Source: Neocallimastix sp. 'constans'
Taxonomy: Eukaryota
Reading direction: 5' to 3'
Length of the DNA stretch: 64,000 bases
Assembly: GCA_050613775.1 (NCBI GenBank)
Contig: JBODTK010000016.1
Span: 992,001 to 1,056,000, forward strand
In this document: positions 29,359-44,615 of the stretch, in pieces
Layout of the letters: every line of letters starts with the position of its first letter
How positions within the stretch are numbered: position 1 is the stretch's first letter
The notes under the pieces: model-generated
What the model saw: the letters and a program-made list of their open reading frames with translations, nothing else
Database searches by the model: none
Told to the model about the DNA's origin: nothing
Made by a program: the position numbers and the translations under genes

Positions 29359-30128
29359 AATGTATATATTAGTAATTAATGTATAATCTGTTACGATATT
29401 ATTATTATAATTATCATTATAAATTATTAAATCCACAATAGGAAATTCTATATTAAATTAATAAATAATTAAATGTGCTGATAAAGTGTATTTAATATTA
29501 TTCATTTGCTGTATCTCTTTTACAACTGTTTTAATCAATTATATAAAATTAATAAAATTTATGTTAAAAAAAAAAAAAAAAAAAAATCTAAAATTCTTTT
29601 TTATTAATTTTCTTTTAATAAAAAGGAAATTATTAATTTATTTTCTTAAATTTTATAATTATATATATTCTTATGTTATTATTTTTTTTATTTTCTTCAG
29701 TAATTATTATTAAGAAAAAGAAGAAAAATAATTATAAATAAAATAAAATTTATAAAATATTATATTTTTTATTTTATTATATCAGCTCTATTTAAAAATA
29801 TTTATTTTCATATTTTAATTTTTTTTTTTTTTTCTAATTTATAATAATAAAAAAAATTAAAACAAAATTTAAAAAATAAAAATAAAAGTAAAAAAAAGTA
29901 ATATTAAAAAAACAATAATTAATAATCAATAAATAATAAACAATAGTATCAAATATATATTTTATTTATTAAAAATTTACATTTTATTCATTAATTTTTT
30001 ATTACTGTAGATTATTGTAACACTAAACTTTAAATTAAAAATTAAAAGAAATAAATAATAGGATTTAAAATTACATAAATTTAAAACTTAGAAATTATGT
30101 AAAAATGAAAATAAATATAATATTAATA

Positions 30129-30162
<34 letters not shown>

Positions 30163-33039
30163 TGTATTTTTTTATATTTTTATATTTTAATTGATAAATA
30201 TTAAAAAATAATTAAAAAATAGTACAACATTTAATTAAAATCTTTTAACCTGTGTTCTATTTAATATAATATATAATTGCATAACAATATATTTTATTAA
30301 AATAAGTTAAAATGTGTTTTTTTTTAATTTATGACATTACACAAATAAATTATATCTTCGTTTAACATAAACTTAAATAAAATACTAAATATCTAATAAA
30401 TTATAATAATATAAATATATATTAAATCTATTTTCAAAAAAAAAATGAAATTTTATAGTTAAAAAATTTTACCAATTTATCATTTTAATTTATTTTATTA
30501 ATTAAAATTAAAATATGCATGTATATTAAAATAGAGTCTAATATATTATATCTTTTATAAATTATTTTTATATAAAAAATTAACCTTTGACCTTAATATT
30601 TTCTTCACTATTGTAGTTAAAGAAAAATATAAAAATTATTAAAATATAATAAAATATGCAATTTAATAATATGTAAAATATTATAAAAAAAAAATATATA
30701 TATATAGTTAAATTCAAAATTTTAAAATATTAACAATAATATATATTATTACTTATAAGGTACATTGAAATTATGAAAAAATTTAAATATTAATTTACAA
30801 TAGAATATTAATAAGAATTATAATATTAGATAATGTAATAGAAAAATATTAATTGATAATAAGAATAATAATATGAGTATTAATTCTAATAATAATATAA
30901 TAATGAATTATTAATAATTTAACATTAAATTTTGGTACAATTATTCAATAATTTCATTACAAAAATATATAAATAAATATATATATAATAGTGTAGATGA
31001 TAATTATACAGTATGTATATATAAATGAAATATTTATTATTTATTATTATTATTTATTATTATTTTTTATCTATTATTTATTATTTATTATTTATTACTT
31101 AACTTTTTGCCATTTTCTATCATAACTATACAAAAGTAGATATATATGATTTAATATATATAAATAAAAACTATTTTTCAATTTTCATTTTTTATTTATA
31201 TGTTAACAAAATAATACTTTGCAATTTTTATATAAAATAGCCATAAAAAAAGTTAATTCGTGGATAGAGGATAAATGTCAAAAATATATATGTACATTTA
31301 ATATTTATAAAAATCTCCTTTAATCGAACTTTATTCGAATATAAATTATGAATAAATAAAATAGACATTTTTAATTATGAATGCCATATTATTAATATTA
31401 TTAATACTTTAATAATATTTAATTAATAATTAAATAATGATGGATAAAATGAAAAAAAAAAAAAAAAAAAAAAAAAAATAAAAATAAAAAAAATAATAAT
31501 CTATATATTATATGTTTAATACGATTTTTTAATTATTTAATAGTTAATAAAATTCAAAACAAAAATATAAATTATATATATTGGTTTTTATTAATATATA
31601 TTCTCTTTTATATAATTATGATAGAAAATGTCAAAAAGTTATATACTTGTTACACAAAGTATTAACAAATATTAATAGTCTATAAAGGTTAGTTTATTCA
31701 AATATCAAATAAGTAAAAGGGTTAAGTACATATTTATAGTTAATAAATTAAATTAATTATTTAATAAATTAAAATTAAAATTAGTACTATTTTAAAAATA
31801 ATAAATTTATATTTAGAAATGAAAATATTTTATGAGAATAAAACAATAAAATTGTTTTTTCATTATTAAAATTTGTATCTGAAGACAATAAAATTATATT
31901 ATTTATTAAATATTAAATATATAAAAATTATAGATATAATCAGAAGTAATTTAAATTTAATATATTTAATAAACTAAAAGGATTACACAATAGAAGTTTC
32001 ATCTTTACTGTATTAACCAAAATTCTATAAGGAATAAAAAAAAATTTTTTATCTACATGGTGGTTAGAGTTTAACCTTTTATAAAAGAACTTCTTTTAAA
32101 CATTTTTTATTTTTCAGTATTAAATTATAATTCATCATTGAAATCTATATTTTCACAAAAAAAAAAAAAAAAGAAGAAGAAGATAATCTTAATTTTTTTT
32201 TTTTTTAACTATATATATATTTAAAAATAAAAAATAATTTTAACAATATAATAGAGAATCTTATATAATAATTAATTTGTATATAATTATAATAACAATT
32301 AATAATAATAATAATAAAATATAAAAAAATTAATGAAATATAATAAAATATAAATGTTAAATATAAATATTTAAAAATAAATTATATATTGTTTAGTCTT
32401 ATAATATCATTTTTCTTTAAATAATAAATGCTTATTTAGTGGAGAAATAGACAAATAAAAAAAATATTTACAATAAAGTATTTAAAATGAAGTATATTTA
32501 TATTATATAATTTATAATATAAATATATAATATATATATTATTATTATTACTATTACTATTGTCATTATCATTATCATCATTATCATCATTATTATTTAC
32601 AAATTTAATTATTTTTATATTATTATTTTTCTTTTAAATAATAAATATTTACTTAATAGACAAATAGACAAAAAAAAAAATTTAGGAATGTTTCATTTTG
32701 AAACGTGGCTTTATATGAAATGGCGTACTTAAATAAACCGTTTTATTAAATAAATAAATATTTAATATATAATAAAATAATATTTTATAATATTTAAAAT
32801 AAAAAATAAAAAAATAATATTTAATTTTAATTTTTTTTTTTAGCCGCAATTATTGAAAACTTTAATTTTTATTTATTTATTCATTTATTAATTACATAAT
32901 TTTTTTTTATTAAAAAAAAAAAAAAAAACCCACAATACCACGTCACATATATATTTACACACTCATTATTCAGAAAATTATTTAAATTAATACGATTTTC
33001 AACCAATTGAACTATTCACTACATTATTAGTAACGATAC

Positions 33040-35500
33040 TATTATTTTCTTTATCACTAATATTGATATTTCTATTTTCTCTATCACTAATTCTACTATT
33101 ATTAATAATATTATTTCTATTGTTTTATTACTAATATTATATAATTAGTTATTACTATCAGAATCTGTACTTGATTCAATATTATTCATATCTGTGATAA
33201 TAGTGTTTACATTATTATTTAATATCGGATAATATTTAGAAATTATAAAAAATTTTTAATAAATAACTTCAATTTCCTTAAAATATTTTATTCGAAATTC
33301 ACGGAAAAGATATCATTTAGAAAACCAATGTTCCAATCAAGGATTACTATTTTTTCTATAACAACAAAGACATCTTTCAGGACAGTTTTCTTCAATCATA
33401 TTGACATCTTTGGCAACACGAGCATCGAATTTATATATCTACATTTGACATGAAGTATCCATTGGAAGCCAGTGCTAAATCCAGGATACTTGAAGTTGAG
33501 CATTAGGTAGTCTCAAGTTTTCTCAAATTTATTTTTTTATAAGCCTTAGCCTTAATTGATTTTCCTGCCATATATCTATTCCAATAAAAGTTTATAATGG
33601 CTTTTTTTTGATGGAAATTTATCTAATTTGTCTACTAAAATTTTACTTTTTTTTATCTCTTGAATGACGTCTATAAGGTGATATATCTTTAAATAAATCA
33701 GAGATCAGAAATAATATATTTCTAATTTTTCCTTTTTTTAAAGCGCCTGAATTAACTAATGCCTGTGTACTTTTCGTTCTTTCTTTGTTAGATCTAAGTA
33801 GAGGTGCATAATACGAAACTTGCCCATTACTATAGCTAAAAATAACATTCGTTTATAAGGGATAGGAATATGAGGATTCTTAAGAAATCTTTTAATGGAA
33901 AAAAAAAAAAAAGAAGTGCATTTCTAGCATTATTATTCATTCTCTCTATGATCGGTTTCAATTATATTTCATTTGAAAACAGTACATCAAAGTAGGTATA
34001 GCAATTCATTTTAGATAACTCTTGACTTAAAAGATAAAAGGAAAGGTTACTATTATTAAAAAATCTTGAAACTTCTCGTCGTACTTCTAAGCTGGAACAC
34101 TTATTGATACCAAATTGCATTTCATTATTTCTAGTTCCCTTACTGGCTAATTTTAACAAATTCTTAAGTTGAGATATTGTTAGAGCACATAAAACAATAG
34201 TCATCCGCAAAGAGACCTCAACAACAACGTTTATCACCAATAGAGAGTCCATATATATATCACATTTATTAAAAATGTCATTAATGAACAAGTTAAATAA
34301 AACTAGTGAGAGGGGACAACCTTGACGATCATCTTTCTTAATACTAAATGAATTTGATAATTGTCCTTCAACCCCTTACACAATCCTTGGAAGATAAGTA
34401 TAAGTTTTCGATAAATTTATAGCACTTAGCTCTAATACCTAGGTGATGAATCTTCATTAATACATTATATATGGGAACAGAGTCATACGTTATTTAAGGT
34501 CCAAAAAAAGCAAGGTAAAGTATCTTTATTATCAAATTTTCGTCTCTGACATATAATTTTTAAGAAAGTGTAAAGACTTATACGTTCTTCTCGGTTTCGA
34601 AATCCATATTGTTCAGGTCTTAAAAATCCTTTATTAATTTCATATTTACAGATTCTATTAGCGATGATTTTGTTATAATTTTTAACTCATTATTGATAAG
34701 AGAGATACCACGATAGTTATTATAATCGGATGAGTCGTCCTTTTTATGAATAGAAACTATCGATACGTTATTCCATAAATGATTTTTGGAAGATCACCAT
34801 TCCAAATATGATTGATTAAAGCTTTAAGATATCTAATACCAGATGAAATATTACTATTATTTTCACTATATTCTTCTGAATCATCTTTACCTGGAGTCAA
34901 AGCTTTGAAGAATTCCACTAGAATCCCATCTGGACCACAAGCTTTAAAATTAGGGGTAGATGAGATTGCTTCTCTAATTTCTTCATCGCTAATATCTCGG
35001 TCAATTTCCCATTCTTGTTGTCTTGGAGTTTCCAAATTCTAAAGTACACTTTCTAGAAATCTTTAGAAAGACTATGACCTGAAGAATTCGGCCCTAAGCA
35101 TTTATAATGAGAATGGAATGCCAAGTTTTTAATTTTTCATCTAAAGAAGAAAACTAGTTCATTGTTATTGTAAATTCATTGCTTCTTTTATGAATTGATT
35201 CACATAGTCAACAATTTTAGTAAATCCATTGAAATCACTTGCAGATTTATAACACTTAATTTGTTTTTATTTTATATGTTTTAACTTTTGAAGACAATAA
35301 ATTTTGCAGGGACATTCTAAAGCATTGTTTTTTTCTGATTTTTGTTGAAGATATAATCAATAAATTCATAGGAATGGAATTAAGTAGTATTGATAAACTT
35401 TTCAGCAATACTATCTGCTGAAAGTTATTCATTTCCGAATTCTTCACCTAAAAATCACAAATTTACTATAAATCACAAACTTATTTCTTAAGTTCAAGAC
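33040..35500 (-). mobile_element. Decayed LINE (non-LTR retrotransposon) ORF2: reverse transcriptase plus C-terminal Cys/His finger, frameshifted
   Basis: Minus-strand fragments EEIREAISSTPNFKACGPDGILVEFFKAL, NYRGISLIN, EQYGFRNREE, YDSVP, RQGCPLSLVLFNLFINDI, FADD (~34200-34211), MQFGINKC, and CPERCLCC..LEHWF (~33320-33390). Many stops and frameshifts. Confidence 0.9.
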
Positions 35501-35521
35501 ATTCATATTTATTTTTATTAG

Positions 35522-35561
<40 letters not shown>

Positions 35562-35861
35562 TTACAATTATTTAAAAAATAATTAAAAATATGGGGCGTT
35601 AAATTATGTTCCGAAATGCAACACATTCAATTTTAAAATAAAGTATATAATTTATAATACAAATATATAATATATAAACTAATACTTTTTTCTTAATTTT
35701 TATGATAACAGTTTTATTTTATTTTTTATTTTATTTTATTTTTTTTTTTTTTTTAAAAAGATTAAATTAATTTGAAAGGTTAAAAATATGTCATATTTTA
35801 TTTTTATTTTATTTATTTTTTAAATTTAAAAATTTTAATAAATTATATAAATATATGTATA

Positions 35862-35901
<40 letters not shown>

Positions 35902-36122
35902 TAAATATTTAATTATTGTAACATTATTTAGTTTAATTTTGTTGAAGTAGAAATAAATGTAATGAATTTTTTTTGATTAATTATTATTATCATTATTATT
36001 TAATAACTCAATTATTATTAAATATATATATTTTTTAATTTTTCAAAAATTAAATAATAATTATTAAATAATAAATGGATATAAAAAAATTATATTTTAT
36101 TTAGTTAAACTTGGTTCAGCTC

Positions 36123-39050
36123 TTATTTTTTTTGTGAAGAACGAGTAGTTATAGAAGAAACAAATTCTTCCATTACTTTCCAAAAATCTTCTTTATCTTG
36201 TACACAACGTTCGAGAGTTGAAATAAGAGAGCACATCTTATCATTGTACATTTCTTGATAAGATTTTGGTATAGAGGATAATTTGTTCATAATTGGAGGT
36301 TTAATGTGAAGTGGAGTAGCAAATTCAAAATTATTTTTAATATCATTTGTAAAAGCACTATCAATTAAAACGTTTCCTGGGTTACATTTTTTATTTGATT
36401 TAGTTGGGGTAATTAAGGGATCAGTAACCATTTTAACGGTCATCTTTGGAGTTTCATCTGCTTTCGTAATATCTTCATTAGCTTTAGTAGTATCAGTTGT
36501 TGTAGATGTCATTATTGGGGTAGAGTCCTTTATTTTTTCTTGTTCAAACTTTTTTGTTAAAGTTTCAGTTATTTCTTGAGTTGAAGCTGAAAGCTTTATT
36601 TTTGAATAATTTTTATTTTCATTAACATTTTTATTTTCATTTTCATTTTTATTTTCATTATCTTGATTAATAATCTTGATATCATTTCTACTATTAGAAT
36701 CAATTGTTTCTTTTTTAATAGCTATTGATTTTGATATTGTAGATTTTTCTTCATCATTATCATCATCTGCATTTAAATTTGTAAAGGAATCAATTAAAGA
36801 AGCAGTAGATGAAACTGATGGTAATTTATCTAAGGATGATGGTGGTATAAATAAATTATAATCAGAAGAGGAAGTGGTATAATTGGTATCAAAAATAGAT
36901 AAAGTTGGATTTAATGAGGCGGTGGTTCCAGCTACTGGATTTAAGAGATTTAAAGAAGAAGAAGAATTTGCATCTATTTCTGTAGCATTTGTAGAAGGTT
37001 GTAATGGATTTATTAAAAGAGAAACATTTGAATCAGATGGTACGGTGGTATTGAATATAATATCATCCATTGAGAGAGAAGATGATGGATTAGAACTAAG
37101 CCAATTATTATAATCGTTATTAAGAGTGGTACTACTTAAAGGATCAAGAGGATCAAATGAAGAGGAACTATCTAAATTATATTCCATATTTGGATAACCT
37201 GATTGACTATTGGTGGTAGTATCATAAAGAAGAGACATATTAGAAAGTAAATCTTGGTTAGAATCCATAGAGAAAGAGGTCAAATCTAAATCATTGTTGT
37301 TCATAAAAATATTACTTAAAGTAGCATTTGAGGAAATAGAATCAGCACTAATAGTAGCACTTTTTGTTGGAGTAGTTTCATTATTGGTAATCATTGATGT
37401 GATTGAATCATCTGGTGTTTGGAAGGGCATATTAAAAATACTAGATGGGCTAATTAATGGGAATGATGGAAGAGGAGAAGAACCTAAAAGCTTAATTGAT
37501 TCAGAAAGGAAAGATGTTGAGGATGGAGTATTTGGGCATAAGCCATCAGAAGATAGATCAGATGTCAATTTTAAGGTTTCTTTTTCTTTCTTTTGCTTCT
37601 TGTTCCAATATTCTGCCCAATCTTTTTGATATTCAATAATACGACGTGAATAAAACATAATTCTAGCATCTAACCAAGTATTGGTTTCTTCTTCACATTG
37701 TTCAACCTTGTAACACCATTCATTCCATTCCTTTTGACTAGTTTCAAAGATTACTTCTTGAAGTTGAGTAGAACTACGATACATAGGAATTAAATCATCA
37801 AAAACACGGAAGAATTCTTCCAAATCTTCATCAGAAACAGTATTTATAATAATTGGTTTAGATTTCTTTTGAGTTGGTTTATTTTCTTTTACATTTTCTT
37901 TTATATTTTCTTTATCTTTTTCTTCTTTTATATTTTCTTTATTTTTATCTTCTTTCGTTATTTCATTTAATTTTATTTTATTATCCTTCTTTTTTTCTTG
38001 ATCAGTATTTGGTTTAGCAATAGAAGTTAAACCAACAGTACCATTACCAGAAGGATAATCAATAAATTGTAAATTTAGAGTAGTTGCATTTTGGTTATGG
38101 TGTAATGGTGGAATATTTTCTTTATTATCATCTAATTCAGATTTAATAGAATTAGTTTTACCTTCTAAAAAAAAAAAAAATTATAATAATTATAGTTATA
38201 ATAAATTAGTACTAATAGTATTAATTCAAAAAAATTATAAAAAAATTATTAAGAATAATAGGAATTAACAACTCCTTTATTATTAATTGATTAGGATATA
38301 ATGCCATTTTATTTTACTAAATATTTTATATAATAATAAAAGTATTATAATAAAAATATGTAATAATTTTTTTTGTAAAGTACCTTTTAAATTATCAATT
38401 TTTGTGGATGGTTTTAATATATTAGAATTATTCATATTACTTTTTGTTAAAATACCTTTATTTTCTTTTCCCATCTTCTTTTGATGGGATGGATGATTCT
38501 CTTTATTGGATAAAGGTAATGAGGTCTTGCTTAATTTTGTCGAGGCACTTAATAAGTTAGTCTTATTATTAGTAATATTTATATAATTATCTTTATTTTT
38601 TAAAATAGGTTCTTTAGAAATAATAAGTTTATTAGTACAGAAAACTTTAGCTTTTTTCTTTTCAATTAGTTTAGATTTTATTTCATCATAAAGTTCTAAA
38701 ATATTGGTAACAGTTGCTGGCTCTTGATTGGGAGCTAAATAGTAATACATATCAAAATTTTGAGCAGATGGTTCGCGAATTGGAAGTCTAAAAGTAGTAC
38801 GTTTATATACGGTTGATTTATGGTCTTTATCATTTTTATTAGTTTTTTCTTCTATTTTTTTATTTCTTGGAGTGTAGTTAGATAATGAGGCAATAGAAGA
38901 TGGAGGTTTATTTAAATTAATACTTGGATATTCTTTTTTAATTATTCTTTTAGTACGTTCACGTCCAGCTTCAAAAATGGCTATTATTGTTTTTATTATA
39001 ATATAAACCATAAAAACATACATTTTTTTAATGAAAAAGATTAAAAATAA

Positions 39051-39084
<34 letters not shown>

Positions 39085-39408
39085 CATTAATTACTATAAC
39101 ATTATTTAAAAACACAAAATTACTATACAATTATAATTATTTAAAAACAAACAAAAGGTATATCCCCACCATTCACAATTTTATTATATCTTAAAATATT
39201 AAAACATTCAACAAGTTAAAATAAAAAAAAAAAAAAACCAAAAAAAAAACCAAAAAAAAAACAAAAAAATTATATTAAAAAAAATAATCAACACTTACAC
39301 ATAGCTGGATTTTTTCTTAATTTTGCTTTTCTATTTCTTTCCCTTATTAATTTTTGGGATTTAGAATGATGAAGATGTTGGTTTTCATCTCCTTCATATT
39401 TTCTTTTA

Positions 39409-39465
<57 letters not shown>

Positions 39466-39553
39466 TAAAATAATGAAAAAATTTAATTTTTTATTAAAAA
39501 ACTATAGAATATAGAATAAAATAATATTTCTTTTCACCAAGAAAGAATCTCAT
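36123..39553 (-). CDS. Large hypothetical protein, Ser/Thr-rich and disordered with short helical segments; 5' end unresolved
   Basis: Frame-consistent exons ~39390-39299, 38980-38384 and 38164-36123 (GT..AG). The start is tentatively ATG 39553, or 39592; the first acceptor is ambiguous. No family recognised. Confidence 0.65.
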
Positions 39554-40544
39554 AATTTTTTTTTTTTTTTTTACCAATAACCAATTATTCATTGTATAAA
39601 AATTCAATAATATTTATTTATACACTATCATTGTAAGCAAATTTTACTTTATTATAAAAAAAAAAAAAAAAATTATAATTAATTATAATTAATAAATAGA
39701 AATAGAGAATTTAATATTAGCTTTTTAAACCATAATATAATAATATATATTATGGAAGCAAAATATTATTTATAATAGAAAGCATATTAATTATAATTAA
39801 ATATAATTATCATAAAATTAAAATAAATTGCTTATACAATAATTTTTTAAAATTTAATTTTTAATATTATTGAATTTTTTCATTTGAATTTTTTTTTTTT
39901 TAAACTATTTTTTATTAAAAAAAAAAAAAAAATTATAAAATTTTTTCATTTTTTCTAATTTAGTTTTATTTATTTATTTTTTTTTAAGTTTATATTAAAT
40001 TACCTTTTAGAGATTTTTTTCTTTGTTTGTGTATTAATATTCATTTTATATCAAATTTCAAATTTCAATAAATATATCCAAAGTTACAAAGAAATGTTTA
40101 TTTTATAAAATAATTATATATATACTTTTACTATAATATTATAATTCAAAATTTTATAATACAGTATTTTTATTCTTTTTTGTATAAAAAAGAAATTATC
40201 TTATTTTATTAACAACTAATTAATTATATTTTTTATTAGAAAAAAAGAAAAAAAAAATATAAAATAAAAATAAACAATAAATAGGTAGAAAGAAAGAAAA
40301 AATATATATATATATTTTTTTTCTTTATATTTTTATTTTATAGATTATATATTAAAAATTTAAAATACTAATTAATATTGATATAATTCCTTTATTTTTT
40401 TTTCTTAAATTTATAAACTATTTAAATTTTATTTTAAAAAATTTAAACATAAAATTTATTATAATTTAAATTTTATTTAATTTATATTATATATTATTTA
40501 ATAATATTTTTTTTTGGAAATTTACTAATTTTTTTTAATTTACT

Positions 40545-40584
<40 letters not shown>

Positions 40585-43500
40585 AAGGCAAATTAATACT
40601 ACTTTCTAAAAATTATTTCTATTCAATTTGATTCAAATAATTTAATATTTATTAACTATATTTATTCTATTGTTTATAAAAATGGTTATACCTATAATTT
40701 TTTAATAATAATTAATAACTATTTAAAATCAAAATATATAATAATAAAATACGTTTTGAATATTTTATAGTAATAATTATAAAAATGAAATGTTTATATT
40801 ACTACTTATTTTATAAAGAAAATAAATAACAAAAAAGCTAATGTCTATAAAAAAGTGCAAAATAATCTTAGTTTATAAAAATTATTAACTTGGTAAAAAG
40901 ATAGTATTATTACTTTTATATGAAAAAAGAAATTATGTATTCTTAAAATTTTAATATTTTACACTTTTCTATTTGAATTAAATAACTAAAATAAATCAGT
41001 TATTTAGAAAGAAAAAAATATAAACTATAATCTATTTTTGTTATTTTGATTATATTTTCTTTATATTATAGATAGACTAACATCTATGTTAAATTAAATT
41101 ATATCTATTAATAATTATTTAATATTACTAAACATTGATTAAATACTTTTATACTAAATTTTAATCTCTTTCTTTTTTTAATAATTTTAATATTTTTTAT
41201 ATTAATATATGTGAAAGTAGGTATAAGTTTAACAAAAAATATTCGTGTTTCTTCCAATAATTTACTTTCAATTATATATAAATTTTAACGAACATATTGC
41301 AAATGAGCAAATAAAAAAAAAAGTCAAATATATCTTTATATATAATTTTTTTTTTTTTAATTTAAAAAAATATATATAAACTATTTTAATATGTAAAATA
41401 TATATCAAATATAATAAATTATATTATTATAGAATGATATATTGTAATAAATATAATTTTATATTTATGTAAAAAATTTTTGTAATATATATAAATATTA
41501 TAAAAAAAAAATTAATATTTAAACTGCTTTATTTTATATATATTATATATTTTATAATTTTAAAAATTTTTTTTAATTTTTTTATTTAAATATTTTTATT
41601 AATACTTAATATTTATTTTTTTAAATAATAAATTAATTGATTTCATTATTCATTTAATATATATCTATATATATTAAATTAATAGATTAATTATATTAAA
41701 TAATAAATGTTGATTAAATAGATAAAATATATTAATAATATATTCAATTTTTAAATTGAAATATTATTTTATGATTTACCTTTTTTTTGTAGAGTACAGT
41801 TTTGATTTGATTTTTTAAATCAATAATTAATATGTGATACAATATAATAATTAAATTGAACCATTATATTTTAATATAAATAAAAATATATTTAATTTTT
41901 AGTTGTAAATTTTAGAAATTACTTCATATATAATATTGATACTGATTAAACTATTTTTCTAGTCATAAAAAAAAGGTATAAGAGGAAATTATATAAATTT
42001 CTTTTTAAAAAATTGTTGTATTTACGTATTAGTTTATTTTATATTATTTATTTATCTAATTGTTGATATAATTACTATAAAGCAAAAAAAAAAAAAAAAA
42101 AAAAAAAACTGTATGATATATATTCCAAATGATTATATAGTATTATAATTTGAAGATATAATATGATAAGAACATAATAATTGTTATCTAATATATAATA
42201 AATAATAAATAATAATAAATAATAATAAATAATAATAAATAAAATGTAAATTTAAAAATAAAAAAATTTAAAAAAAAAAATTCAATATTGTAGAAACTAT
42301 TAGTGAATAGAATATTTATAAATTAATATATAAACTGTAAATGTAAATACATTATTTTATAGATATTTTTTAATGACAAGGAATAAACTTTATTTAATAA
42401 ATTTTATTACTATAAAAAAGGAAAATAACTAAAAATCATATTTAAAATAAAGAATCATAATAAATAATTAATAAAAGAAATGCATTAAAAAAAAATATTT
42501 AAATACAAAAATGTTTTTAATTTGTATATGAATCCTTCAAATATAGATAAATTCAGAGTTTTTATTAAGAAATATTTCATAAATTACTATATTATATTGA
42601 TAACAATTATAATATTACATTACATTTATATAAATTTATTTTTTATTAAAACGTAACTTTACCAATAGAAAAAAATTATAATTTTAAATATAAAAAAAAA
42701 TTAGTCATTTTTACATATAAATGTTTTATTTTAATATGAAATTAAAATAAATAGTATAAAAAGTTTATTCAATTTATGTAATAGTAATGAAAAAAAAGAA
42801 GAAAGTTTATTAACTACATTAATAAAATCAATGATTATTAAATACAAAATAAATCCTTTTATATTTTTTTTGGGATTACTTTTTTTAATTTTCTATTCAT
42901 TTATTACACAAATTCTTTATTAATCAATTAAACTTTAAATTGATCTTTTTATATAACAATAAAAAGTTTTTAAATTTATTTATTTACATTGTATAGGTAT
43001 ATGTTTTACAATAAATAAGATAACATTAAAAAAAATATATATAAAATTTGTTAATATTTAGATAAATATAATATATATATTTATCATATATTTCATAACT
43101 ATTGATATAAATATTTTTAAACTATTTTAATTCGTTTAATATATTTATATAAAATATATATTATAGTCTCATATGCTATATAAGACACACAAAAAATTTA
43201 TATATTAAAACTATGACATTTATATTAATATAATATATAAATATATAATATATTAATTTAATTAATGTTAAAAATTATATTAAGTAAAAAAAAAAATTTA
43301 TATAATTATTATTATCATTATTTATAATCATTATCATTACTATAATTATAGTTATTAATGGTATATTATAAAACAAGCTTAAGCTTAATCTTTATAGTAA
43401 AAATTATAATAATCTACAAAATAAAAAAGGTATTTATTTAATAAATATATCATAAAAAGAATTTAAATATGTATTAAATATTAAAAAACTATTTTTTTTA

Positions 43501-43744
43501 TTTTAATTTGGTTAAAATTTAAAGATATAGGTAATAATATTATAATTATAATTATATATATTTATATAGTTTATGAATATAATACTATTTACTATATATA
43601 GATAATATATATTAAATATATTTATTATTAATATTTAAAATAATTAAAATAATTGAAATATTTATAATTATAATCATTATAATTTTATAATCAAATATCT
43701 CACTTTATATCATTTTTATATATTAAATAATTAGAATTAATTTT

Positions 43745-43932
43745 TCATTAATTATATATAAAAAGCCAAAATAAATATATATTATTATTTTATCATTAAT
43801 TATATATAAAAAGCCAAAATAAATATATATTATTATTTTATCATTAATTATATATAAAAAGCCAAAATAAATATATATTATTATTTTATCATTAATTATA
43901 TATAAAAAGCCAAAATAAATATATATTATTAT
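43745..43932. repeat. Minisatellite: 48-bp unit, ~4 near-perfect copies
   Basis: Unit tcattaattatatataaaaagccaaaataaatatatattattatttta; the gcc recurs at 43765, 43813, 43861 and 43909. Confidence 0.95.
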
Positions 43933-44584
43933 AAGATATATACTGTAAGATATATGTTAAATTTAACCTTTATTTTTATAAATGATTCAAATATATACTT
44001 AGAAAAAAAAAATAAAAATAAGAATTCTTTATTTTAAAATATAATAAAAAAAAAATAAAAATAAGAATTCTTTATTTTAAAATATAATAAAAATATATAC
44101 ATATCTGTTCAATTTATGATATAAACATAGATATAAATTTTTAAATTACTTAATACTATTCAATTATTTCATATATATATTTTTATATTAAAATTCTATA
44201 AAATATATATAATATCAATACTATTATAGTATGAGCTATATAGAACAAAGAAAGTAAATTTTTAATTTTATAGAAACATGATTACTGAAATTCAATTATA
44301 TTTAAGAAAAAATATAATAAATAAAACAATTATTTTAATAACTGAGAAAAAGAAAAAATAAAAGTAAAATAAAAATAATATATAATAGGATGAAAAATAA
44401 AATAAAATACTTTATATTAAAATGAATTATAAAATAGTATATAGGTTTAATAATATGTATTGTTATAATATTTTGCTTTTAGTTTTGAAAAATAAAAAAA
44501 AAAAGAAAAATATATATATATATATAAAATAAAAATATATAATTCTGTAATAAATTAAAATATTCTGCTCTTAATTTTAAAAAA

Positions 44585-44615
<31 letters not shown>

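Noticed and set aside
43745..43932. CRISPR-like array
   Set aside because: Head-to-tail identical 48-bp units without unique spacers, in a eukaryotic genome.
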